This document shows positions 39,687 through 53,476 of a DNA stretch of 64,000 nucleotides, piece by piece. The stretch is from the NCBI GenBank assembly GCA_964016885.1, contig OZ024742.1, positions 229,586,001 through 229,650,000 of the forward strand. The letters run 5' to 3'. The position numbers and the translations under genes were made by a program. Each line of letters starts with the position of its first letter. The stretch's first letter is position 1. The DNA comes from Eledone cirrhosa (Eukaryota). The notes below the pieces were generated by a model, which saw only the letters and a list, made by a program, of their open reading frames with translations, was not told the DNA's origin and did no database searches.

Positions 39687-39838
39687 TTATACTCCAAGAT
39701 TGAACGGAATTGTTACAAACTTGTGGAGTCGCCCCTAACCGTACGTTGAAACCATCCATGAAATTGGCTTTCTTAACCAAGAACTGGATCACAGTAAGCA
39801 ATTTTCTGCTTCCCTAACTACATATATATATATATATA

Positions 39839-39909
<71 letters not shown>

Positions 39910-39924
39910 TTATTTTATAGAAGG

Positions 39925-39975
39925 AGATTCTACAGGACTAGTACTGTTTCATTCAGATGAAATCTTCAGGAAGCT
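39925..39975 (-). ncRNA. Type I hammerhead ribozyme motif (same family as 32440)
   Basis: AGCTTC-CTGAAGA-T(TTC-ATCT-GAA)T-GAAA-CAG(tactagtc)CTG-TA-GAATCT. Confidence 0.78.
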
Positions 39976-40532
39976 GGGTGTCATATTAAGTTCTGGTATT
40001 TATACATTTAGGTAGTGGCAAGGGAGGGGTGGTGGATGGGGGGGATGGTATTTAGATACACAGGACCACTTCATGGCACAGGCCGTTTTTTCTATGGGGA
40101 GTGGTCAATTAGCCAGAGTGCTTTTTTGAAATAAATAAATAAGTAAATAAATAAATAAATGAATAAATAAATAGACAAATGAATAAATAAATAAAATAAA
40201 CAAAGAAATAAATAAAAAATAAATAAATAAAAATCCCAAGAATAGTAATTCAACAGATATATAGTAGGGAAATTTTTTAGGTGGGTTGGTAATAGAAATT
40301 AAATATTTAACAAGACCGAATCATGGCACAGACTGGGGTGAGTGGTCAAGTTAACATACAAGCCACAGGTGGCCAGAGTGTTTTAGTAGGATGGAAAGAA
40401 TTAAATATATTTACATACTCACAACCACATACAAAAACATTTGCACACACACATACATATATACTTATATATATATACATACATATATACATATGTGTGT
40501 GTGTGTGCACACCTACACATTCACACACTTAT

Positions 40533-40585
<53 letters not shown>

Positions 40586-40802
40586 TGTGTGCGCATACAC
40601 ATATACACACACACATACATATACACACACACACATACATACATACACATATATACATATATACACAGGAAAAACACAAACACACAAATATACACACACA
40701 CACGCATACACATACACACACATATATAACTACACATACACACGCGCGCATACACATACATATATACATATATATATATATATTATTATTTCTGAAGACG
40801 GC

Positions 40803-40980
40803 GGATTGGTAGTATCGGTAGAGGGTCGGACGCCATGCTTTCTAGCATAGTTACGTCCCTTTACGATCTGAGTTCAAATCCCGCCGAGGTTGACTTTGCC
40901 TTTCATCCTTACGGGGTCGATAAAATAAAGTACCAGTGAGGCACTGGGTAGTTGCTGGCCTTGTGCCTAAAGTAGAAACA
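40803..40980 (+). mobile_element. SINE with 18-bp TSD
   Basis: ATTATTTCTGAAGACGGC at 40785-40802 and 40981-40998. Confidence 0.92.
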
Positions 40981-41324
40981 ATTATTTCTGAAGACGGCAT
41001 ATATATGTGTTGGTATGTATATTAAATTTGATAGTTTGTATAATTTTGTATAATTTTGTACATAGATCTGTTGAATATGCATGCCAATTCTAACACATAT
41101 ATATCCTAGAAACGATCGTTAAATAATGAACTTTTTTTGTTTAATATAAGGAACTGTTTCATTGTTTTATTCATTATTTTTTAAATATTTTATCTTGACT
41201 CTGTATTCCGTTTATCTTTCACCGAAAGTGATTTTTGAATGCATCTCTTCTTTCCATGATATCCGTATTACATTGAGTTCTTCATACGGATTGGACACTA
41301 CCGTAAACTCTTGGTAGATTTATC

Positions 41325-41423
<99 letters not shown>

Positions 41424-41586
41424 CTACAAGTACGTATGTCTCTCTCGTGTAAACTATACTATACATACACATACATACATTTGCACACACATACATACAC
41501 ATACACACACACACACACACAAACACATACATTCACACATATATATACATATATACACATACACACACACATACATATATAATCTC

Positions 41587-41652
<66 letters not shown>

Positions 41653-41656
41653 ATAC

Positions 41657-41709
<53 letters not shown>

Positions 41710-42455
41710 CATATATATATATATATATACATACATATACATACACACACACACACATATATACGTATATACATACACACGCATACACATTTACAAGCAA
41801 ACACGCATACATACACATACATACATACAAATAAGTACACAAACGCAAATGCACAAACACGCACTCGTTCGCACTCATACATGTGTCTATAATATAAAGG
41901 TAGTGGAACAACAACAACACCCAAACAAACAACTCTGACCTAAGAGAAGTATAAATAAGTAAATAAAATAAAATAAAATAAGATAAATAAATACATACAC
42001 AAGCACAATAACAACAAGCACATAAACACACACTAGTCACCCAGCAGACACAACACTATACACACTAGTCACACAGCAAACGTAACACTATACACACACG
42101 CAAACGCATGCGCAAAGAAGACAAAATAAAATAAATAAATAAATATATAGACAGACTGAATAAAAAAATGGCGTAGACATACAACACAACAGGAGGAAAA
42201 AAAATATAACACCACTGACGATGTTGCAGATGTGCAACGAAAGATTTATGTAAATTATGTAAACTATATATATGTGTTTGTGTCTATATTGTATCTGTAT
42301 TATTTTTGACCGTCGGTCAGTCAATGGCAACATTGAGGACCGATTAAGTTAGATCGCAGATATAAAAGACAGCGAGAAGCGAAAACCAACCAAACAGTGA
42401 GTGTGTTCTGTTATTAATTCTGACAATATTACACAAATATGACCCTCCCCAAGTA

Positions 42456-42540
<85 letters not shown>

Positions 42541-43019
42541 ATGGATGTAGTAAAAGCCTATTAGAACGTTACTAACCACAGTACTCGATACTTGGTGTAG
42601 TAGAGTATGGTAATGGGTGTGTGTGTGTGGACAGGGCTGGCGTTAGCATTAAGGCCAACTAGGCAGCCGCTATGATGGAGTTCGGAGAGAGGCATATTAC
42701 TGAACATTATAGGATCAGAGTTTTATACAAATTAATATAATCAAATTAATTATATGAATTTATTCTGATCAATAAATACATAAAGCATTTTGCCACATAA
42801 CATCGTTGTTGAAATATGCAAAGTAATGGAGAGGGTCGTATGATTTGCTGTGGGTGACTGTGGTCTGTGTAGTGGACAATTTAGTGTTATTAATTTCCGC
42901 AGTGCGGAATGCAAGAATTAAAAATTAGATTCTTATCATTACACTATAAAGGCAAATTATATTTTTTTGGAGAACGGGGCGAATAACTATCAGGAAGGCT
43001 CGAGTACTGAATGAGTGCT

Positions 43020-44061
43020 TGTAGGACAGTTTTGTCGCCCTGCCCGCATCTTGGACATGGTCAACTAACGATACTTCAATGCGTGTATAGTTAGTCTATC
43101 TCGAACTGGCAAAGCTCCCAGATAACACTGCCATGCCAGGGATTTCTGAATGTTATCTATCGACCCTGGACCAAAAGTTTTCCGGAAGAGAGGGGCTTGT
43201 TACTCGTCTTTCAAAACCCAGAGTGTCCCCAAGAACATTGTCGATTTTTTCCGCCACCTACTAATCCTCTATAGAACACCCGGCCGAGTGAGCGCTTGAA
43301 GACATTCCACTTTCTAAGCGCTGACTCTTGGTCTTTGCTTGGCCCAGAAATGTCGCTCTGATAAGGGGGCGATCTTGGGAAAACCTGTCTGGCGAAAGGT
43401 GACCACGACTTTTCACCGTCAAATAAACGCTGGAGAAGTCGCAATCTCAGCGCATCCAAGCGAATCATCAGCCATTGCATGTCCAGTCCTCCACGCAGTG
43501 TGTGTTGACAGTTGATGGACCGCCTCACCATGGGAACGTGTCTCTTTTAAAAGAAGCGAAAGAACAAGCGCTCAGTGCAGTCGGACGGGGCTTAGAACAA
43601 AGCAAGATGGGCAGGCTGTAGTAGATGACGAACACGATGTAAAGTTCACCATCTCTGCCCGACCTTTCAGGCATAGCTCCTCTGTGGGTGAGAGAGGACA
43701 CTATGCTCGTAATCTTCTGGTCGTCCCTATCGAAAGTTTTCGGTTGGTCTATGTTAATCAGAGCTCCACCCATGCCAGGTTATTGTGTATTGCATGAGGT
43801 GGAGTTTGTCGTAGATGGATCTGTTCGTGATGGCGTATGTTTGCGCCTATTCTACCAAACCACTGACGACAATCACTAACCTCATCCCTACCACCTTGGC
43901 AAAATATTTATCAGAGTTATGAGCTAAAATTATCAATATCATCACCCGTATTCGAATCCTTTCTCAGCAACACCAACGCTTCACGGCTCACAGAATTAGG
44001 AATACTTCTGTTCTGCTGCCAGTTGAAGTATATATCTGCCAAAATGTCAGCCAACAAGTCT
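43020..44061 (-). mobile_element. Old Tx1 ORF2 fragment with internal deletions
   Basis: DLLADIYFNWQQNRSIPNSVSR, GGALINIDQPKTFDR and MVRRSINCQHTLRGGL match the Tx1 copies. Confidence 0.8.
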
Positions 44062-44229
44062 GAAGAAGAAGAAGAAGAAGAAGAAGAAGAAGAAGAAGAA
44101 GAAGAAGAAGAAGAAGAAGAAGAAGAAGAAGAAGAAGAATACGAAGAAGAAGAAGAAGAAGAAGAAGAAGAAGAAGAAGAAGAAGACGAAGAAGAAGAAG
44201 AAGAAGAAGAAGAAGAAGAAGAAGAAGAA
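44062..44229. repeat. (GAA)n microsatellite
   Basis: Read directly from sequence. Confidence 0.95.
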
Positions 44230-44483
44230 ACGATGATAATGCTGATGCTGATGATGTATGTTTCAAATAGGGTATGCTCAACCATTCTACACATGTGTTT
44301 AGGATTGTATAAAACTACGGGTGTTTCAGTGACAAAGCAAATAAAAACCTTTTCATGTCTATGCTCTGTGTTTATTTAAATAGCACAGATAATTTATAAG
44401 TGTATATGTACCCATTTGTTTCCTATTGCAAATACTTGTCCGTTTGCGAATACGTGTGTGTGAGAGGGCAAAGGTTAGCGCTT

Positions 44484-44524
<41 letters not shown>

Positions 44525-44530
<6 letters not shown>

Positions 44531-45436
44531 GGAAAAAATGAAACGAAATTTCATTTCTCACTCTTAGTACGGCTGTTACTTAAATATAAGTATGTATACG
44601 TACACACATATATGTATACAGAGGTACAGTAGTATGTATATATATATATATATAGATACATGCACACATATATATATGTACGTATGGATTCACCGAAAAT
44701 TATTATAATGCTGGGTGTGTTTGTAAACAAACATCCCGTATTAAGCCGTAGTGTCTAGCAACCATCGTTGCTCATTTGTTCAACACTGACAAAGGAACGC
44801 TGTACTAGTTTCAAGCTTATTAGCTATCGTCAGCAACGTATACCTTCCTGCCAGATGGTTGAACGTCTGCAAGTATATAGTTTCCTTAAACATATTAACG
44901 GCTGAGCAGCATAATTTGCATATCGACTGAGTTAATCGGCCGGGGTACCGAAAACGATAAACGGAAAAAATGAAACGAAATTTCATTTCTCACTCTTAGT
45001 ACAGCTGTTACTTAAATATAAGTATGTGTACGTACATACATATATGTATACAGACGTACAGTAGTATGTATATATATATATACATACATGCACACATATA
45101 TATATATATATATGTACGTATGGATTCACCGAACATTTATTATAATGATCGGTGTGTTTGTAAACAAACATCCTGGATTATCCCGTACAGTGTCTAGCAA
45201 CCATCTTTGCTCATTTGCTCAAAACTGATAATAAATATTCGGTGAATCCATACGTACATATATATATGTGTGCATGTATGTATATATATATATATATATA
45301 TACATACTACTGTACGTCTGTATACATATATGTATGTACGTATACATACTTATATTTATGTAACAGCCCTACTAAGAGTGAGAAATGAAATTTCGTTTCA
45401 TTTTTACCGTTTATCGTTTTCGGTACCCCGGCCGAT
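44525..45436 (-). mobile_element. HHR-bearing non-coding element: 432-bp-period partial tandem plus inverted copy
   Basis: ATAAACGGAAAAAATGAAACG at 44525 and 44957. 45228-45436 inverts 44935-45145. TA-rich flanks. Confidence 0.8.
44798..44838 (-). ncRNA. Minimal type I hammerhead ribozyme, intact
   Basis: CGTTG-CTGACGA-T(AGCT-AATA-AGCT)T-GAAA-CTAG-TA-CAGCG with palindromic stem III ACTAGT. Confidence 0.85.
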
Positions 45437-45535
45437 ATATATATATGCTTTTCTGCTTATTTCCTTCGAATGAAACAGTTCTCATTTATGTATCGAGTAC
45501 CTTACTCCCTTTGGTTGCCCCCGACTGAACCCGAG

Positions 45536-45637
<102 letters not shown>

Positions 45638-45846
45638 AAATCAACACTACTCCTACGCACATAAAGTCCTCACGAACCAAAGTATCGTAGTCCCGTTTCC
45701 CTTCGGCTGCGACGTTTTTCAAATAATTTCCTTCTGCGTCCACACATTGTTTTTTTTTTGTTTCAGAAGATCCCGTTAAGGGGGAAAGCAGCTATTCTTT
45801 GCTTAAACTTTAATCTGTTATTTTAATACAAAATGTCATTTATATA

Positions 45847-45889
<43 letters not shown>

Positions 45890-45963
45890 AATGCTTATAT
45901 ATCTATATATATATATATGATTATATATATATACACATATGCTTAAATATATATATATATATA

Positions 45964-46524
45964 TATATCATAAAGCATGTCTATAGAATAACCAGATAAA
46001 ATATATACCATTTCCTCTCACAATTAGCATAATTAACCATATAAAAAATCGATTAGACCAAGCTATAAGAATAAAGGCTTCTATGAAGAAATCTCCGACA
46101 AATAACCGAAATCAGCCCGTCGCGGCCGGCCGCGACGGAATATTTATTGAGTATTTCGACAGCGTGTATGAATCGCCCAGATATACAGTTAATTAAACAG
46201 AATTAGGTGTAAAATAAATTAGGAGAAAAGAGAACATATTTAGTTACCTCGACCATGGTTTCGTCCGCATTTTAAGATATCCGATAGCTTCGGACACCTA
46301 GAGCACCGGACTCTTCGGGAAGTTATCTCAAATTTAGACAATAAATTTTCCAAAGTGATCGCGCCAAGAATGCATTAAAAAATGGCTAAGAATCGTGACG
46401 TAGAAGCGGTCAGGTTAGAAGGAATGTGGTTAGTTGCTTACGGCTGATGGCTTTTTGCTAGAAAGCGCAGCACAATACAGCCAAAATTGTATCTCAACCT
46501 AACGGGAGATTATTACATATAAAG

Positions 46525-46566
<42 letters not shown>

Positions 46567-46965
46567 GTGTTTTGCAACGAGTCACTTTGTGGCTCAATGA
46601 AAAGTTAATAAATTAAATAATCAGAGCTATATATCATAAAACATGTCTATAGAATCACCAGATAAAATATATACCATTTCCTCTCCCAATTAGCATAATT
46701 AACCATATAAAAAATCGATTAGACCAAGCTATAAGAATAAAGGCTTCTATGAAGAAATCTCCCACAAATAACCGAAATCAGCCCGTCGCGCCGGCTGCGA
46801 CGGAATATTTATCGAGTATTTCGACAGCGTGTATGAGTCGCCCAGATATACAGTCAATTAAACAGAATTAGGTGTAAAATAAACTAGGAGAAAAGAGAAC
46901 ATATTTAGATACCTCGACCATGGTTTCGTCAGCATTTTAAGATATCCGATAGCTTCGGACACCTA
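45964..46965. repeat. Direct repeat of ~335 bp (45964-46300 and 46630-46965), period 666 bp
   Basis: ATCATAAA.CATGTCTATAGAAT...GCTTCGGACACCTA occurs twice. Confidence 0.9.
46247..46322 (-). ncRNA. Hammerhead-like motif with long stem II and one core substitution
   Basis: CTTC-CCGAAGA-GTCCG...CGGAC-GAAA-CCATGG-TC-GAGG. Confidence 0.6.
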
Positions 46966-47519
46966 AATATTCCGTCGCAGCTTGAGCTCAGCCGTCGGGG
47001 TCCTACTCGTTCCTATTACCAACTCTACTACCCTAAGTATTGAGTACTTTATTGCGTCATGGTCCATCTGGTTCCTTACCACATATCCTTCGTTATATAA
47101 ATATATATATATGCTTATATATATACATATGCTTATATATATATACACACACATATGCTAATATATATATATATGAATGTATATATAGTTTTTTTTTGCA
47201 ATACAATGTATGCTTAATTAAAAGTATTTTGAAGACCTTGCGCTATTGTTTTAAAGTAGTGACTACATCACTTACTTCTATTTTCAGCAAACAATCGGAG
47301 ATAAGCTGACAGACCTCTGTTTCCGTACTGTTGGTACTTGTCAAAGTCTAGCACTCCTCCTCTCTGCTAAAAATTATGAATGTTGGATTCTTATAGAATT
47401 CCAGTAATAATCAGGAACAGATCAAGGTCTTCAAAATGCTTTTAATTAAGCATACAGTATATTGCAAAATACACTATATATACATTCATATATGTATCGC
47501 TATTTTAGAGCACCAATTC

Positions 47520-47552
<33 letters not shown>

Positions 47553-47557
<5 letters not shown>

Positions 47558-47638
47558 AACCAGTAAGACCCCGACAGCTGAGCTCAAGCCGTTTCGAAAC
47601 GGCTTGAGCTCAGCTGTCGGGGTCTTACTGGTTCCTAT
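47553..47638. repeat. 86-bp perfect palindrome
   Basis: ATAGGAACC...GCCGTTTC|GAAACGGC...GGTTCCTAT. Confidence 0.95.
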
Positions 47639-47714
47639 TACCCACTCTACTACCTCAAGTATTGAGTACTTTGGTGCGTTATGGTCCACCTGGTTCCTTA
47701 CCACATTTCCTTCG

Positions 47715-47766
<52 letters not shown>

Positions 47767-47973
47767 ATACATTGGGAGGGTCATGTTGCCAATAAACAAC
47801 TATCTGGTTGTGGAACCAACCAACCAACCAGAAATTTATAAATTCCTAAATTTATAAATTTATTATAATAAATTGAAATGAAAGCAACTGGTGCGTGTGT
47901 TTCTTATTGGTTCATCCCTCGTGTTCATCCCTCTTGGTTCATCCCTAGTGTTCATCCCTCTTGTTTATTCAAT

Positions 47974-48051
<78 letters not shown>

Positions 48052-48092
48052 ATATATATACACACATATGCTTATTTATATATATATCGCAT

Positions 48093-49530
48093 ATCAGTAA
48101 GGTCATTGAGGGAGTCGTCAGAAAGAAACTGATCACTTTCCTCGAGGAAAATGACCACCTGACTAGTACGCAGCATGGCTTCCGCCCCGGAAGAAGCTGC
48201 CTCACACAGCTGCTACATCACTACGACTGGGTATTGAAACAACTACTAGACAGCTCACATGTGGACGTGATACATCTTGACTTTGCGAAGGCCTTTGACA
48301 AGGTCGACCACGGAATGATATGTCACAAACTACACGGACTCGGTATAACTGGAAAAGTAGGCGAGTGGCTGCATGACTTCCTAAAGGACAGAAGCCAAAC
48401 AGTCGCAGCAATCGGGGCTCTCTCAAAGGAAACAGCAATAACAAGTGGGGTGTCCCAGAGGACAGTCCTGGGACCACTACTGTTTTTGGTGGCTCTCTCA
48501 GACCTGCTCTCTGTAGTATATACAACAAAATCCCTCACTAGCTATGCTGATGACACTAAGGTAGCACAGGCAATCAAAAACCCGGCTGACGCTGCCTTTT
48601 TACAACAAGATCTGGATACCATATACAAATGGGCGGAAGAAATCAACATGCAGTTTAATGCTGGCAAATTCCAAGCCCTACAATACAAACCTCCAAGCAA
48701 ACCTGCAAACGCACATATAGTACAATACAACTACACAAGACCAGGAGGGACCGATATCCCCGTGTCAAAATCTATACGAGACTTGGGCATAGACATGAGC
48801 GATGATGCATCTTTTTCCTCACACATCATGAAAATGGTGACAATGTGCAGACGACACGCTGGCTGGATCTTGAGGACTTTCCGGACAAGACACCGAGACA
48901 CCATGTTGAAATTATGGAGGACATTTGTCCTAAGCCGCCTGGACTACTGCTCCCAGTTGTGGTCACCCCATAGTGTCAAACTAACCACGGAGCTTGAGGC
49001 AATCCAGCGAAGCTACACCAAGAGGATTGCCACGATGAAGGAGACAAGCTCCTGGGAGAGGCTAAAAGAACTGAACCTCTACTCTTTGGAATGAAGACGG
49101 GAGAGATACGCAGTGATCTACATGTGGAAAATCCTGGAGGGACTAGCACCAAACTTTAGCATTGGGAGCTGGACCAACCGTCCAACAGGACGTCACTGTA
49201 TGGTGCCAATGGTCCCGTCTTCCACATCTAGAATAAGGAGATATTGCAATAGCCTGGGATTCAAGGGCCCTCAACTCTTCAACAAGCTTCCGAGGGATCT
49301 GAGAGATTTGCATGACGTGGAGGTGGATGTCTTCAAGAAACATCTCGACAGCTTGCTATCCAGGATCCCGGATGAGCCCACAGCAAGATACAGGGGAAAC
49401 CTAAAGGCAGCAGCAATAAACTCCCTCTTACACTAGTGGCCAACCTATACAGGCTGGAGATACAATGTGTAGCAACAAGGGCGGTGCCCCAGCATGGTCT
49501 CAGGTAAAAGAGTAAAAGAGTAAAAGAGTA
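48093..49530 (+). mobile_element. CR1/L2-group LINE, 5'-truncated RT
   Basis: QHGFRPGRSC, LDFAKAFDKVDH, YADDTK, RDLG, SRLDYCSQLWSP and an 8-bp (GTAAAAGA)3 tail. Confidence 0.85.
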
Positions 49531-50026
49531 CATGTAGTATACTTGGTATTTTACGTTGAGATATTTTCATATTTGTAATTTGGTAATATTTATTATTACC
49601 CACATTATATATCTATATATGTGAATTTATCTGTAGTCTCTTTCCTGTACATACTATATACAACGTTCGTAAAACAGGATTATCTGCCGGTACTTTATGA
49701 AAGAAGTCCCACCACATGGGATTGTTCTTTGTCTGGAGTAACTCTCCCTTCTCATCCTTATTATGTAACGCTGTTACACGGAGCATTATGTTAAGGGTCA
49801 CGTGTTTCTGGAATGCTCAACAACATGTATATTAAATTTACCAGCATGTTAACCAATCGTTAACCAATAGAATTGGAACACACCATAATTGAACCGACAG
49901 GGATCCCCCCATTCTCACACGTCTATCTATAGAATTCTCAGCCACTTTCACATTAATTTGATGAACAATTTGTTCCATTGAACAAGCAAATGGAACATTC
50001 GTCGTTGGAAACGTTGGAAGTGGAAC

Positions 50027-50207
50027 ACAAACACACACACACGCACACATACACACACATACACACACATACACACACACACAAACACACGCACACACAC
50101 ACACTTACACACACATATACACACACACACAGACACACACATACACACATACACACACCCACACACATACACACACACACACAAATACACACACACACAC
50201 ACACACG

Positions 50208-50283
<76 letters not shown>
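50027..50283. repeat. (CA)n microsatellite
   Basis: Read directly from sequence. Confidence 0.95.
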
Positions 50284-50285
<2 letters not shown>

Positions 50286-50706
50286 AAAAAAATACACTCA
50301 CTTACTGACGCCTCGACAAACATATAATCTCCCCAATCCACACACAATTAAGGTTATCAGAAGTTATTTATTCCTTAGTTTCGATGACACTTAGTAGAAT
50401 GTCACGCGGGACAGAAACGAAAAAAGGAAAAAAAAAAAAAATCTCACGAGGGACTGCTTCAATAATCAGCAAAATATTACGTGGGTAGGAAAGAGTGAGG
50501 ACGCCATTTAAATAAACGTTGACAATGAACTAAATGTTACTCTAGAGACAAATACGAATTTGCTTCCCATTATCTTGCCAACCATTACGATTTTCTCGAC
50601 ATTATCGTTGTTATAACAATATCATATCTAGATATACATTACATATACACATAGATGCGTTGATACAAACACACACACTCTTACACACACAATCTCTCTC
50701 TATCTC

Positions 50707-50779
<73 letters not shown>

Positions 50780-50855
50780 GATGTATATATATATTTTTTA
50801 AACGTATTAACGTGTTGAAGGTACTAATATATACTTCGTTCCTGCTCTTTAAATG

Positions 50856-50935
<80 letters not shown>

Positions 50936-51269
50936 TATATATATATTCATTTAGGTTTGTTGGTTCACAACTGGATAGAACTGGTCATTCCGTATGGTCA
51001 ACCTCGATGTAATATTAGGGAGAGCACTCGACGTAATGCAACTCACCCGTCTACGTTTGTGTTGTTGGTGGCGCGAGTACCGAGTTAATTATTATAAAAT
51101 AACAGGAGGGATGACTTATCCCTCTGCCTTTTCAGCCCCATGGATTATATTCCTTTGCTAAATTTCGAATACCTGATGATGTCACCGGATTCATACTGAA
51201 CCCGGTCATTGAAATGTTCTTAGTATAATATACCTTTAAGGAATTACACCAGCCCAGCCTCCTGTTATT

Positions 51270-51399
<130 letters not shown>

Positions 51400-51879
51400 T
51401 GTATATATATATATGTATGTATATATATGTATATATATGTATATATATATGTATATATATATATATGTATGTATATATATATATATGTATGTATATATAT
51501 GTATATATATATTTGTATAAATATATATGTATATATATATGTATATATATATATGTACATAAACATTTTTGGTCATTTTGGAAGCTTCAACACTGCAGAT
51601 GGGTAAATCTCCTGTTAACAGAATCCGGTAGTGAAGAGAGAGATGTAAGTGAATGTAGAATGAGATGTATAGTGTGTAGAAGAACGTAGGAAAGAGCGTA
51701 AAAAATAAAAATAATAACACGAGACAGATTTACCTTGGGGGAGATTTAATTATCCCTATATTTCGGATTTCGCATCCATCAACTGGGGGGGGGGGTCCAG
51801 GTTGAACGTTATCTGTCGGAGAGGAACGGTACGTGGCTTCTGTTGTCCATCGTTTGTGTGTAACTGAGATATATATATC

Positions 51880-53235
51880 TCAGTTACACACAAACAGAAA
51901 CAGAATGACAGTTCATCGCCTACAATTACGAGATCCAACCACGAGACAGATACCACTAAGTGCACATCTAGACATTTGCGCAAGTAATAAGACACCCAAA
52001 TTTCAAGTCTTCCCATTTTACCTTTGCGCTGACAATACAACAGAACAAATACGAATAAATAAGGAAAATATGTTTATTCAAAAATATAGACCAGCATTAA
52101 ATATAGTGTAATATACATTATGTCAACACCATAACATGCTAACCACACCCACGCACACACACATACCTCCCTCCCCCATTTCTACTAACGGAATCATTTT
52201 CCTACACACACACAAAATATATATATTCTCTTCATCTTAACATGCTAACCATATTCCCACACACACATAACATCCGTACAGACACATAACCCTCCCCCCC
52301 CACACACAACCCCCCCCCCAATTTCTACTAATAGAATCACTTTCCTACACACATACACACACACAAAATATATATATTCTCTCCATCTTAACATACTCCC
52401 ACACACACACACATAACACCCATACGCACACACACAACTCCCTCCCCCATTTATACTAATAGAATCATCTTCCTACACACACACACACACACACACACAC
52501 AAGCACACAAATAAACATACATATATCTACTTTCTTTATTTCAATAGAAAGTCTGAATTGTGACACCCCAGCGAACCAGCCATATTCACTGAACCAGAAC
52601 AATGCTCCCCATCCCATTTCTCTTGACCATTATCTTTTGTTTGTCATAAAATTCTCCATAAGGTTACAAAATAAATTCCCAAATACGGGCGCGAAATTTA
52701 ATGAACTTGTTCACGTGACAACCATAATTTCATTTATAACCAATCAAATTACATTTATAAAAAAAGTCTTTGAGACACTTTTTTTAAGTAAAAAGAAATT
52801 CAAACAAACTGGCGCGAAAGCTGATGTGCTTATTCACGTGACTGCATCAACCAACCAAACTTCACTCATATATGAAAAAACAACCTGAGCCACCCTTTGT
52901 TTGAAGAACTTTGTCACGCGAACTGGCGCGAAATTTATTATACATATTCACCAACCAATCAAATTACTTCTCTAAAAACCTGGCGTTTCGAGCCACCTTT
53001 TTCCATATAAAACAGGTAACATTCAAAGACCAACCAGTTGTGAGAAAAACCACAGACCCTCCATCTTAACTCTACTTTTCAATAGCAGAAGAACTGCGAA
53101 ACCGGTAAAGGAACCAAATAAATATATATATATTTTTAAAAATAAGACTCCAGTTGCATTTTCGATTTCATCTTTTTTCCTTATACTTTCACTCGTGTAG
53201 GACACCTCGATAATTTTTCATTTTGTAAAAAAAAC
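51880..53235 (+). mobile_element. Penelope-like element 3' part: GIY-YIG C-terminus and downstream terminal region
   Basis: RNRMTVHRLQLRDP..RQIPLSAHLDIC...FPFY...RINKENMFIQKYRPALN (stop at 52111), then tandem sub-repeats. Confidence 0.75.
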
Positions 53236-53243
53236 CTCACTTT

Positions 53244-53292
<49 letters not shown>

Positions 53293-53298
53293 GTGAGG

Positions 53299-53374
<76 letters not shown>

Positions 53375-53476
53375 GTATATATAACGAAGGAAATGTGGTA
53401 AGGAACCAGGTGGACCATAACGCACCAAAGTACTCAATACTTAGGGTAGTAGAGTTGGTAATAGGAACGAGTAGGA

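Noticed and set aside
42632-42760. hAT-like MITE end, loosely similar to 31569-31690
   Set aside because: Too degenerate; no matching second terminus or TSD found.
47908-47962. Four GTTCATCCCT units as a CRISPR-like array
   Set aside because: There are no unique spacers; this is a short tandem repeat in eukaryotic DNA.
51168-51215. Hammerhead-like CTGATGA...GAACCCGGTC
   Set aside because: GAAA is broken and stems I and II are unconvincing.
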